Positions 19,090 to 28,451 of a stretch of 64,000 nucleotides of DNA are shown piece by piece (position 1 is the first letter of the stretch; every line of letters begins with the position of its first letter). A program made the translations under genes and the position numbers. The notes under the pieces were generated by a model. That model saw only the letters and a list, made by a program, of their open reading frames with translations, was not told the DNA's origin and did not search any database. The stretch covers positions 403,283 to 467,282 of the forward strand of contig CAVPVW010000003.1 in assembly GCA_963709295.1 (NCBI GenBank). Reading direction: 5' to 3'. This DNA comes from an uncultured Chloroflexia bacterium. Lineage in GTDB: Bacteria; Chloroflexota; Anaerolineae; Anaerolineales; Villigracilaceae.

Positions 19090-21522
19090 TTACTCTAACT
19101 CAAACGTTTTCTTCAAGCGAATATCTCTGGATGAACTTCCAATCAACAGCTCGAATTTTCCCGATTCGGCCACCCAGGCTTTTTTATGGGGATCGTAGAA
19201 GGAAAGTGACCTTTCATCAAGCTGCAGCTCGACTTTATGTTTTTCCCCGGGTCGCAAGAAAACCTTGGCAAATGCTTTGAGTTCTTTCGCGGGACGCACA
19301 AGGGAGGATTTATCGTCATGCACATAGAGCTGTACAACTTCCGCGCCAGCCAGCTTGCCAACATTGGCAACCTCAACCGCGACCTTGATCTGCTGCCCTT
19401 TCTTTATCTTTTTTGGCGAGGTTAGATTCGTATACTTGAATTGAGTATAAGACAGGCCGTGCCCAAACGGGAATAACGGCTCGAGATTTACCTTGTCAAA
19501 ATAACGGTAACCGACAAATATCCCCTCGCCATAATTCACTTCACGGCAGCCCGGGTAAGATGCATTGATGTAGGCTGGGCTGTCCTGAAGCCGTCTGGGA
19601 AACGTGACCGGCAGTTTACCGGAAGGATTGACTTTCCCCAGAAGGACGTTTGCGATGGCATTTCCATTTTCCATACCCGGGAAAAAGGCCTCGACGATCC
19701 CGGCAACGTCATCCGCCCAGGGCATGCAGACAGGAGACCCCGTGTTCAGAATGACGACTGTGCGAGGATTTTCTCTGGTAATTGCTGCTATTAATTCGTT
19801 TTGCCTGCCCATCAACTCCATATCAGGTCTGTCATCCCCCTCGGTCTCAAATCCATCCGGCATCCCACCGAAGAATAACACTGCATCTGCACTCTTGGCG
19901 ACTTTTACTGCCTTGGCGAACCGCGGATCAGATCCCTTCCTGAAATGAATCCCCATTCCCAATCTGAAGAATATGACCTCCTGTCCTGGATGACGGGTAT
20001 ATTCGATCACCAACTTGTTGGTCATTCCACTTGAAAGACGAATTAATTGGGATGAGTTTCGAGATTTGTCAAAGGAAGAAGTCTTACTTTCCATCACCTG
20101 CTTCCCATCTAGAAGAATGCGCATCATCCCATTGTGCCCAAGCTGGAATCGGTACTCCCCTGTCGTGGGAACCATCAGTTCTCCTTCCCACCTGGCTGCC
20201 ATCGGCGCTTCAGACATGGCTGACCATTCGGTGTGAAACCAGAATTCAGGCCAAAAACCACCCTGTTGGATTATGGGGGCACCGGAAAAATCCTTATTAT
20301 TGAAGAATGAGCCCTTCAAACCCTCGGGATTTAACCATGATCGCGGGACATCAAAGGGTTCAATAAAATTATCGCACCCCTCTTCATAAACCAGATTGAC
20401 CTTGTCTCCGACCATTCTTTTCAAAGCTTCCAGAGGCGTTATGCGATAAGGTGGATTTACCCTTGAGGAGCCGCCGCCTTCAATTACTGCATTGGCAGCA
20501 TTAGGGCCGATCACCGCCAGAGTCTGCCCGGGTTTCAAGTTCAACGGGAGGATGCCGTTCTCATTCTTTAACAATGTGATCGATTCTTCAGCCAGCTTCC
20601 TTGCAAGTGTTTGGTGCCCTGCAGTGTTTACCGCACCTTTTTGTATTTTTCCGCCCATTCGGCCCGTTCGCGAAATCAAGCGAAGTATCCGCCGCACAGA
20701 ATCGTTCACGATTTCCTCGTCGATTTGCCAGTTTTGGATAGTCTCGTGAAGAAGCCGGTGGTATTTGGCTGGACCAGGCATCTCGAGGTCGAGCCCGTTC
20801 TTGATGGATTCGAAAATACTGTGAACAGCGCCCCAATCCGAAATCACGGCACCTTCATAACCCCATTCCTCCTTGAGAATCGTCCGGAGCATATAGGCAT
20901 TTTCACTCGCGTATACCCCGTTAATGCGGTTGTAGGAGCACATCACGGTCCACGGGTCAGCCTCCTTGACGGCCATCTCAAAGGCAGGCAGGTAGATTTC
21001 TCGCATGGTGCGCTCATCCACGCGCGTGCTGGCTCGAAATCGTTCGATTTCGTAATTGTTCAGCGCATAATGCTTCAGGGATGTCCCCACGCCGCGACTT
21101 TGGACGCCTTGGATATACGCGACGGCGATCCTCCCGGCAAGGTATGGATCTTCGGAATAAGTTTCGAAATTCCGCCCTCCCAGCGGATAACGCACAATAT
21201 TCACGCAAGGTCCCAGCAGGATATCGCATCCCATGCCACGAGTTTCCTCCCCGAGGGCTTGGCCAACTTGCTCGATCAACTTGGTATTCCACGAAGCACC
21301 CATCGAAATGCCCGTCGGGAACGCAGTCGTCGGTTCGACTTTCCGCCCCACCTCTGGGTTGCTGGCGCGCACACCATGCGGTCCATCCGTCATCACGATT
21401 GAAGGAATGCCTAAGCGGGCAATGGGTACTGTATTCCAAATGTCTTTACCGGACAATAGCGATGCTTTTTCTTTGAGAGTCAATTCATCAATCAGTTGGT
21501 TTATATTATTTTTTATTTCCAT
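19090..21522 (-). CDS. Glycoside hydrolase family 3 beta-glucosidase (BglX-like) with a PA14-like insert
   Basis: N-terminal GH3 motifs (KASLLSGKDIWNT, GIPSIVMTDGPHGVR), C-terminal GH3 domain and fibronectin-like tail. The second ATG (MEIKNN) has a GGAG RBS. Confidence 0.8.
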   Translation of the reverse strand: MEIKNNINQLIDELTLKEKASLLSGKDIWNTVPIARLGIPSIVMTDGPHGVRASNPEVGRKVEPTTAFPTGISMGASWNTKLIEQVGQALGEETRGMGCDILLGPCVNIVRYPLGGRNFETYSEDPYLAGRIAVAYIQGVQSRGVGTSLKHYALNNYEIERFRASTRVDERTMREIYLPAFEMAVKEADPWTVMCSYNRINGVYASENAYMLRTILKEEWGYEGAVISDWGAVHSIFESIKNGLDLEMPGPAKYHRLLHETIQNWQIDEEIVNDSVRRILRLISRTGRMGGKIQKGAVNTAGHQTLARKLAEESITLLKNENGILPLNLKPGQTLAVIGPNAANAVIEGGGSSRVNPPYRITPLEALKRMVGDKVNLVYEEGCDNFIEPFDVPRSWLNPEGLKGSFFNNKDFSGAPIIQQGGFWPEFWFHTEWSAMSEAPMAARWEGELMVPTTGEYRFQLGHNGMMRILLDGKQVMESKTSSFDKSRNSSQLIRLSSGMTNKLVIEYTRHPGQEVIFFRLGMGIHFRKGSDPRFAKAVKVAKSADAVLFFGGMPDGFETEGDDRPDMELMGRQNELIAAITRENPRTVVILNTGSPVCMPWADDVAGIVEAFFPGMENGNAIANVLLGKVNPSGKLPVTFPRRLQDSPAYINASYPGCREVNYGEGIFVGYRYFDKVNLEPLFPFGHGLSYTQFKYTNLTSPKKIKKGQQIKVAVEVANVGKLAGAEVVQLYVHDDKSSLVRPAKELKAFAKVFLRPGEKHKVELQLDERSLSFYDPHKKAWVAESGKFELLIGSSSRDIRLKKTFELE

Positions 21523-21634
21523 AGGGATCTCCATTTCTTTTAATTATCAGCGATTAATTCTACACCGGTAATAATATTCCCGTGCTGCACTATAATTGAT
21601 TTTACGCAACTAACAATCAGTCGGCAGAGGGCTT

Positions 21635-22111
21635 ATGACTTCAATAGAGAAGAAACAACCCAATTCAAGAATGTGCTTTATTTGTGGAGTGGAAAATCCG
21701 ATCGGTCTAAAGTTGAAGATTTATCAGACATCACCCGGTGTGATTGAGACCACCTACACAGCCCCCGACCATTTCCAGGGTTATCCTGGCATTCTCCACG
21801 GAGGGATCGTGGCATCGATCCTCGACGAAATTAGCGGTCGGGCTCTTATGGGTGAGCCATCATCCCCGAGATTTATGTTCACCGGAAAACTCCAAGTAAA
21901 ATATCGTAAAAATGTCCCGACTGGAAAACCACTCCGGATAGTTGGCAAGGCGATAAAGAGCAGAGGAAAGTCTGCGGAAGGCTGGGCGGGTATTTACGAC
22001 CTGGCAGGTGATTTACTTGCGGAAGCCTCAACCCTACTGATCGACCTTCCAAAGGAAACGATCGATACCGCCAACCTCGATGAACTGGGCTGGAAGGTAT
22101 ACCCTGATTAG
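21635..22111 (+). CDS. PaaI-family hotdog-fold thioesterase
   Basis: CFICGVENPIGLKL...ILHGGIVASILDEISG is typical of the PaaI/YbgC thioesterase family. Confidence 0.6.
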   Translation: MTSIEKKQPNSRMCFICGVENPIGLKLKIYQTSPGVIETTYTAPDHFQGYPGILHGGIVASILDEISGRALMGEPSSPRFMFTGKLQVKYRKNVPTGKPLRIVGKAIKSRGKSAEGWAGIYDLAGDLLAEASTLLIDLPKETIDTANLDELGWKVYPD

Positions 22112-22193
22112 CATCTAGAAAACTGAAGCCAATGTGCCGTATGTCTTGTATAATAGAGTTAAGCCGTCCAATTTGGATTCTACCGAGAGAGCT

Positions 22194-22967
22194 ATGAAAA
22201 TCGAATTTTTCCGACCAAATTCCATGTCAGAAGCCTTGGATTACCTGAACCAGCCAAATTCCATCCCATTGGCAGGTGGAACCTTTGTTAACACACCTGA
22301 CTATAAAACGAAGCTGGAGCAACAAAGCGGCAGCGCAGCCATTATTCTGGTGGATTTGCAACACCTGGGCCTGGGTCACATCCGAAAACACGGAAACACC
22401 CTTGAAATTGACGCCTGTGTCACTCTTCAACAGCTATGCGAGAACGCGCACACTTCTGAGGACTTAAAAAAGGCAATAAAACTGGAAGCCCCTTTGAATA
22501 TACGCAATATGGCGACCATTGCCGGAACTCTGGTTTCGAGCACCGGCCGCTCCGCATTTGCCTGTGCAATGCTGGCACTGGATGCCAAATTATCCATTGA
22601 ACCTGGAACAGAGGAAACCTCCCTTGGAAACTATCTGCTTCTGCGCGAGAAATCGATTCCCGGGAAATTGATCACAAGAATTACGATCCCAATGAATGCT
22701 CCTCTTGCCTTTGAGCATGTCGGAAGGACAAAGTTCGATCTCCCGATTGTCTGTGCAGCAGTCGCCAAGTGGGCTTCCGGAAGAACGAGACTGTCCCTCG
22801 GTGGTTACGGCTCATCCCCCCTCCTCGCGATGGACGGGACCGCAGCCGACGACATTAAATCCGCGGCTAGAAATGGGTATCACGAAGCGGCCGACGAATG
22901 GGCCTCTGCAGAGTATCGAGCGGATGTCGCAGCAACTCTTGCCGGGCGATGCCTCGATCGACTATAA
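22194..22967 (+). CDS. FAD-binding subunit of a molybdenum hydroxylase (YgfM/XdhB/CoxM-like)
   Basis: MKIEFFRPNSMSEALDYL...IPLAGGTF FAD-binding (CO dehydrogenase flavoprotein) N-terminus. ~258 aa. 22 nt upstream of the next gene. Confidence 0.65.
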   Translation: MKIEFFRPNSMSEALDYLNQPNSIPLAGGTFVNTPDYKTKLEQQSGSAAIILVDLQHLGLGHIRKHGNTLEIDACVTLQQLCENAHTSEDLKKAIKLEAPLNIRNMATIAGTLVSSTGRSAFACAMLALDAKLSIEPGTEETSLGNYLLLREKSIPGKLITRITIPMNAPLAFEHVGRTKFDLPIVCAAVAKWASGRTRLSLGGYGSSPLLAMDGTAADDIKSAARNGYHEAADEWASAEYRADVAATLAGRCLDRL

Positions 22968-22988
22968 AATAAACCAATTATTCATTCC

Positions 22989-24065
22989 ATGGCTGCATCT
23001 TTACCATTAAATCGTATTGTTCGAGGAGACTGCGTTGATATTCTGACGTCCTTTCCTGAGAGTTCAGTCGACGTAATTTTTGCAGACCCACCATACAACC
23101 TTCAGTTACAAAAAGACCTTTACCGCCCGAACTTAACAAAAGTTGATGCGGTGTCCGACCAGTGGGATAAGTTCTCCGGGTTTTCGGAGTATGACCACTT
23201 CACAACTCGATGGTTGTCCGCCTGTCGACGGGTGTTGAAAGATTCAGGCACCCTTTGGGTCATCGGCAGCTACCATAACATTTACAGAGTCGGAGCTATC
23301 CTTCAGAACTTGGAGTTTTGGATATTAAACGATGTCATCTGGATAAAGACCAATCCAATGCCAAATTTCCGAGGCGTGCGATTCTCAAATGCTCATGAGA
23401 CGATGATCTGGGCGCAAAAAAAGAAAGGTGCAAAATATACTTTCAACCACCTTGATGCAAAGTCTCTAAATGACAACCTGCAGATGAGAAGCGATTGGAC
23501 AATCCCTCTCACCAGCAGCAAGGAACGCATAAAAATTAACGGTTCAAAGCTGCACTCAACTCAGAAGCCATCTTCGCTTCTTTACAGAATATTGCTTACC
23601 TCTTCGAACCCCGGTGACATCATCCTCGATCCCTTCTTTGGGTCGGGAACAACAGGATACGTCGCCAAGATGCTGCATAGAAAATGGATCGGAATAGAAC
23701 GAGAGAATAAATACATCAAGTCAGCGCAAAAGAGAATTGACTCGGTCGAACCAATCCCGCTCGAATCTTTGTGCTGCGAAGATTACAACCGCCCTAAGCG
23801 AATACCTTTTGGATTATTGGTTGAAAGTGGTCTGCTATCCCCCGGTCAACAGCTTTGGGCTGTGAAGGGCAAAAATAAGGCGATGATCCTTTCCAACGGA
23901 AAAATTAAATGCGAGGATAGGATCGACACCATTCATGGGATGGCGAAAGCGTTGACGAATACTCCCGCAAATGGATGGGATTTTTGGCTTTTCGAAGATG
24001 CAGATGGCGTAAAAAGACCTATCGATGAATTGCGAACTCAATTCCGCAAAGAACTGGGATCGTAA
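22989..24065 (+). CDS. ccrM: CcrM-family beta-class N6-adenine DNA methyltransferase (predicted GANTC specificity), orphan
   Basis: Near-colinear similarity to Caulobacter CcrM along the whole length: FADPPYNLQL, DAVSDQWDKF, WVIGSYHNI(Y/F)RVG, NPMPNFRG, RFSNAHET, KPSSLLYRILL, ILDPFFGSGTTG, and the C-terminal nonspecific DNA-binding domain (LLSPGQQLW). The gene is clearly more AT-rich than its flanks. Confidence 0.8.
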   Translation: MAASLPLNRIVRGDCVDILTSFPESSVDVIFADPPYNLQLQKDLYRPNLTKVDAVSDQWDKFSGFSEYDHFTTRWLSACRRVLKDSGTLWVIGSYHNIYRVGAILQNLEFWILNDVIWIKTNPMPNFRGVRFSNAHETMIWAQKKKGAKYTFNHLDAKSLNDNLQMRSDWTIPLTSSKERIKINGSKLHSTQKPSSLLYRILLTSSNPGDIILDPFFGSGTTGYVAKMLHRKWIGIERENKYIKSAQKRIDSVEPIPLESLCCEDYNRPKRIPFGLLVESGLLSPGQQLWAVKGKNKAMILSNGKIKCEDRIDTIHGMAKALTNTPANGWDFWLFEDADGVKRPIDELRTQFRKELGS

Positions 24066-24086
24066 AGACTACATTTCGAGGACATT

Positions 24087-27066
24087 ATGAATATTACTTT
24101 GCACATTAATGGGAAAGACCATACCCTGGACATCCCCCCCGAGATGACATTGCTAAAAACACTCCGTCAATTGGGCTTTCACGGAGTCAAATTCGGGGAT
24201 GAACAAGGGATCAGTGGCGCAGATACCGTTCTCCTCGATGGCCGGCCAGTCAATGCCGGGCTGATGTTCGCTGCTCAAGCCGAAGGCCGCAAAATCGCCA
24301 CGATCGAAGCCCTTGGCGAACATCCGGACCAGGGCTGGCAAAAAACCGGCGGGTTGCATCCCATCCAGAAAGCATTCATAGAAAACGGGGCAATCCAATG
24401 TGGTTATTGCACCCCAGCCCAGGTGCTGGCTGCCAAGGCGCTACTGGACACAAATCCGAATCCTTCCGAAATCGAAGTGCGGGAAGCGCTGTCGGGAGTG
24501 CTTTGTCGCTGTACAGGTTACGCCAAGCCGGTACAGGCTGTCCTTAAAGCGGCTGCCGTGATGCGGGGGGAAGATCAATTCGATGGCAAGGAATACCTTA
24601 TTCCGGATGACAATCCTCCTTCTCCCTTACCCTCCAATGACGATTTGCCCGGAACAAACGGAGTGCAACTCAGCGTGATGCCCAAAGTCATCTTTGCGCC
24701 AAAGACATCGATTTACCAAACCGTGGGTAAGCCGGAAATTAAAGTGGATGCCATCAAGCTCGTGCAAGGGAAACCTGCCTTTGCTGCGGATATGGATCCC
24801 CGAGGGCTGCTGCATGCGAAGGTGCTCAGGTCACCGCATGCCCATGCCCGAATTAAAAGCATCGACACAACCAAAGCCAAGGCACTTCAGGGAGTCGCTG
24901 CAATCCTGACATGGAAAGACATCCCCCGGGTGGTGTACTCAACTGCCGGGCAGTCTGATCCAATCCCTGGCCCACTGGACACATTCTCTCTTGATAGCAA
25001 GGTCCGGTTTGTCGGTGATCGCGTGGCTTTTGTCGCGGCTGAATCGCCTGAAATCGCAGAGAAAGCCTGCAGGTTGATCGACGTCGAATACGAAGTGCTT
25101 GAACCGATTCTGGAATCGTCAAAAGCGCTGAACAATCAAGATAATCGCATCCATGATGAGTCTGAGTATGTCAATTTTGCGGGGTCGGATGCCGCCAGGA
25201 ACCTGGCCGCGGAAATCCGTATCGATATCGGTGACGTGGAAAAAGGATTCAGCGAGGCCGATGAGGTTTTTGAAGGCGTTTACGATGTGCCGAAGGTCCA
25301 GCAGGCGCATATCGAACCGCATGTCTGCATCACCTACTGGGACGAAGATGACCGCTTGGTCATACGTACATCGACGCAAGTCCCCTTCCACGTGCGGAGA
25401 ATGCTTGCTCCGGTTTTAGGCTTGCCGGTCAAGCGTATCCGCGTGATCAAGCCGCGAATAGGCGGCGGCTTCGGGGGAAAGCAGGAAGTCCTGATGGAAG
25501 ATGTGGCTGCGCACCTGACCATCGCCACAAAACGTCCGGTGCTTTACGAATATACCCGTGAAGAGGAGTTTATCGCAGCGCGCTCCCGTCATCCCATGAG
25601 GATTTGGATGAAAACCGGCGTAAAGCGCGATGGGACCTTGACGGCCAACGAGATGAAAGTACTCTCGGACACAGGCGCTTATGGCTGCCACGCTCTCACG
25701 GTGACCGGCAACACCGGGCACAAATCCATGGCGCTTTATGTTGGCGATGGCGCGTATCGCAAAGCGCCCAACATTCGTTTTTACGCGGACATCGTCTACA
25801 CCAACACTCCCCCGGCTGGAGCGTACCGAGGCTATGGCGTCCCTCAAGGATATTGGCCGGTCGAACGCCACATGGAAAAGATCGCCCGGGCGATGGGGTT
25901 AGATCCGCTCGAATTCAGGCTGAAAAATGCCATCCGTCCGGGCGAATACCATCCCTTCAGCACCGCCTGGAACGAAGGCCGGAAACCTCGTCCTGAGATC
26001 ATCCACACGGTCGGGTTGGAGCAATGCGTCCAGCAGGGAAAAGCAGCCATCGGTTGGGACGACAAAATTGACAATGCCGAATGGCACGACAACAAAACAT
26101 CAGGTAAGAGTTACTCTAAAAAAGGCATTGGTGTCGCGATGGTCATGCAAGGGACAGCCATCCCTTATCTGGACATGGGAGGCGCCTCCATCAAGATGAA
26201 CGACGACGGTTCCTTCAATCTCCTGGTCGGCGCAACCGACTTGGGGACCGGGTCAGATACCGTTCTTGCACAAATGGCGGCAGAAGTTTTGGGTGTGCCG
26301 TTGGATGACATCCTCACCTATTCGTCGGACACGGATTTCACCCCCTTCGACAAGGGGGCGTATGCATCCTCCACCACGTATATCTCCGGGACGGCCGTAG
26401 TGAAGGCGGCAGAAATCGCCGCGGATAAAATCAAGCAAAGGGCTGCCTTACTCCTTGATCTTGAAAGAGCATACCACTATCATCCTTAAAGATAAAAAAG
26501 CCAATGCTCCGGATGGGCGAAGCGTGACGCTTTCCGAAATCGCGCTCGATTCTCTTCACCGCCAGAAACAGGAACAAATCATGGGCGTGGCTTCGTACGT
26601 TTCACCTTCCTCGCCTCCTCCTTTTGCGGCCCAATTCGCAGAGGTTACTGTCGATCAGGAAACGGGCCAGGTCACTGTTGATAAACTCGTCATGGCCGTG
26701 GATTCCGGCATCATCGTCAATCCACTCACGGCTTCCGGACAAATTGAGGGCGGCATGATCCAGGCGCTTGGCTATGCGGTGTGTGAAGAGATGCGGTATG
26801 ATTCCCAAGGCAATGCCCGCGAGAAGGATTTCCTGGACTACCATATCTTCCGAGCCGACGAAGTTCCAGCCCTGGAGACGATCTTTGTGGAAACCTTCGA
26901 GCCCAGCCACCCCTTTGGGGTCAAAGCCGTGGCGGAAATCCCAATGGACGGAGTCGCTCCGGCAGTGGGGAATGCCATTTTGGATGCCGTGGGCGTAAAT
27001 ATCGATGAGAATCCAACCACGCCTGAGCGGGTGTGGAGAGCCTTGAAGAAATTAACACCGGCATAG
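24087..27066 (+). CDS. Molybdenum hydroxylase with fused [2Fe-2S] and molybdopterin-binding domains (XdhD-like xanthine dehydrogenase family), interrupted by an apparent frameshift at ~26465-26480
   Basis: N-terminus carries 2Fe-2S Cys clusters (IQCGYCTPAQV, LCRCTGY). It is followed by aldehyde oxidase/XDH a/b-hammerhead and MoCo domains. The ORF at 26455 in frame +1 continues the C-terminal MoCo dimerization domain (GVASYVSPSS...VNPLTASGQIEGG). Confidence 0.7.
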
Positions 27067-27077
27067 AAAGAGTTGGC

Positions 27078-28427
27078 ATGGCAGATAGAATATACGTGAT
27101 CGGACATGTTAATCCAGATACAGATTCCATCGCATCCGCCATGGGATATGCCTGGCTGTTGAAGCAGCGCGACGGACACGATACAGTTGCATCAAGAGCC
27201 GGTGCGGTGAACGCGCAGACGTCGTGGGTGTTAAAAAAACTTGAGCTGGATCCCCCATTTTTGTTAACAGATGCATCGCCGCGATTTGACTCTGTCACCC
27301 GTCAATTGGATACCATCCATCCCGACAGCCCGCTCACCGATGCCTGGACGCTTGCCAGCCGGACCGGAGGCGTTGCCCCCGTCGTCACAAAAGACGGCTT
27401 GCCTTACGGCATGATCGATGGCATGACCTTATTCAGTTTTTTCCAACAGACCATCGGTCCGCGTTTGGATTTAAGCAGCCAGAGCATCGGGAATGTGCTC
27501 TCTGCTCCCTGCAAGGATGCCGCGGATACGGGTGTTCCAAAATTCCAGGCCAATGGCCATATCCGCGATTCACTAAATCGCATTTTGCGCGAAGAACGCA
27601 ACGATTTTTTTGTAGTGGACGAAGTCGGGCACTATGTAGGGATTTGCCACCAGCGGGGTGTGCTCAACCCGCCGCGCTTGAAGATCATCCTGGTGGACCA
27701 TAATGAACCCCGGCAGGCGATCGCTGCGCTAGAGGAGGCGGAACTTCTTGAAATCCTTGATCACCACCGCCTGGGGAATCCTCACACGCATCAACCCATC
27801 CGCTTTACAGTGGATATCGTCGGCTCCACCAGCACGCTGGTTTCAGAATTGACCGCAGAAGCCGGTCTATCCATGCCGCCCGCCATATCGGGCATGCTGC
27901 TCGCCGGTCTGCTCGCGGATACGCTCATCTTAACTTCTCCGACAACGACTGCAAGGGACAAACAAGCAGCAGAAAGACTCGCCCGCTGGGCATTTGTCGG
28001 CAACGGTCCGTTGAAAGGTGAAACGATCGCCAGTTTTGGAAACCAGGTAATCTCTGCAGGAGCAGGGTTGGCGAACCGCGACCCCAAGGAAGTCGTCAGC
28101 ACAGATATCAAACCTTACGAAGCCGGTGGCTATAAATTTGCCGTTGCCCAGGCAGAAGTGACCGACGTGATGCAGATCAACGACTACCTCGACCAATTGA
28201 CGAAATCCTTGAATGACCTTCGCGATAAGCGAGGATTGGATTTTGCCATGCTTCTGATTACCGATGTGGTTCGAAATTCCAGCCGTCTGATCATCTCCTC
28301 CTCTCCACCTGCCGTCCTGGACGAACTTCCCTACCCACCGCTTCCAGATGGTACTCGTGATGCAGTCGGAGTGGTTTCACGCAAGAAACAGTTGCTCCCT
28401 TCGCTGCTGGGCATTCTCGAAAAATAA
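27078..28427 (+). CDS. CBS-domain-containing DHH/DHHA2 phosphoesterase (family II inorganic pyrophosphatase-like)
   Basis: IYVIGHVNPDTDSIASAMGYA DHH motif I, CBS pair insert, VDHNEPRQ/DHH motif, DHHA2 C-terminal domain. AGAAAGAG RBS. Confidence 0.6.
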   Translation: MADRIYVIGHVNPDTDSIASAMGYAWLLKQRDGHDTVASRAGAVNAQTSWVLKKLELDPPFLLTDASPRFDSVTRQLDTIHPDSPLTDAWTLASRTGGVAPVVTKDGLPYGMIDGMTLFSFFQQTIGPRLDLSSQSIGNVLSAPCKDAADTGVPKFQANGHIRDSLNRILREERNDFFVVDEVGHYVGICHQRGVLNPPRLKIILVDHNEPRQAIAALEEAELLEILDHHRLGNPHTHQPIRFTVDIVGSTSTLVSELTAEAGLSMPPAISGMLLAGLLADTLILTSPTTTARDKQAAERLARWAFVGNGPLKGETIASFGNQVISAGAGLANRDPKEVVSTDIKPYEAGGYKFAVAQAEVTDVMQINDYLDQLTKSLNDLRDKRGLDFAMLLITDVVRNSSRLIISSSPPAVLDELPYPPLPDGTRDAVGVVSRKKQLLPSLLGILEK

Positions 28428-28451
28428 CCAATTCGGATAAACAAACAGATC

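Noticed and set aside
21535-21634. Sigma70 promoter call in the divergent region between the GH3 and thioesterase genes
   Set aside because: A TATAAT-like hexamer is present, but no acceptable -35 or TG extension at correct spacing.
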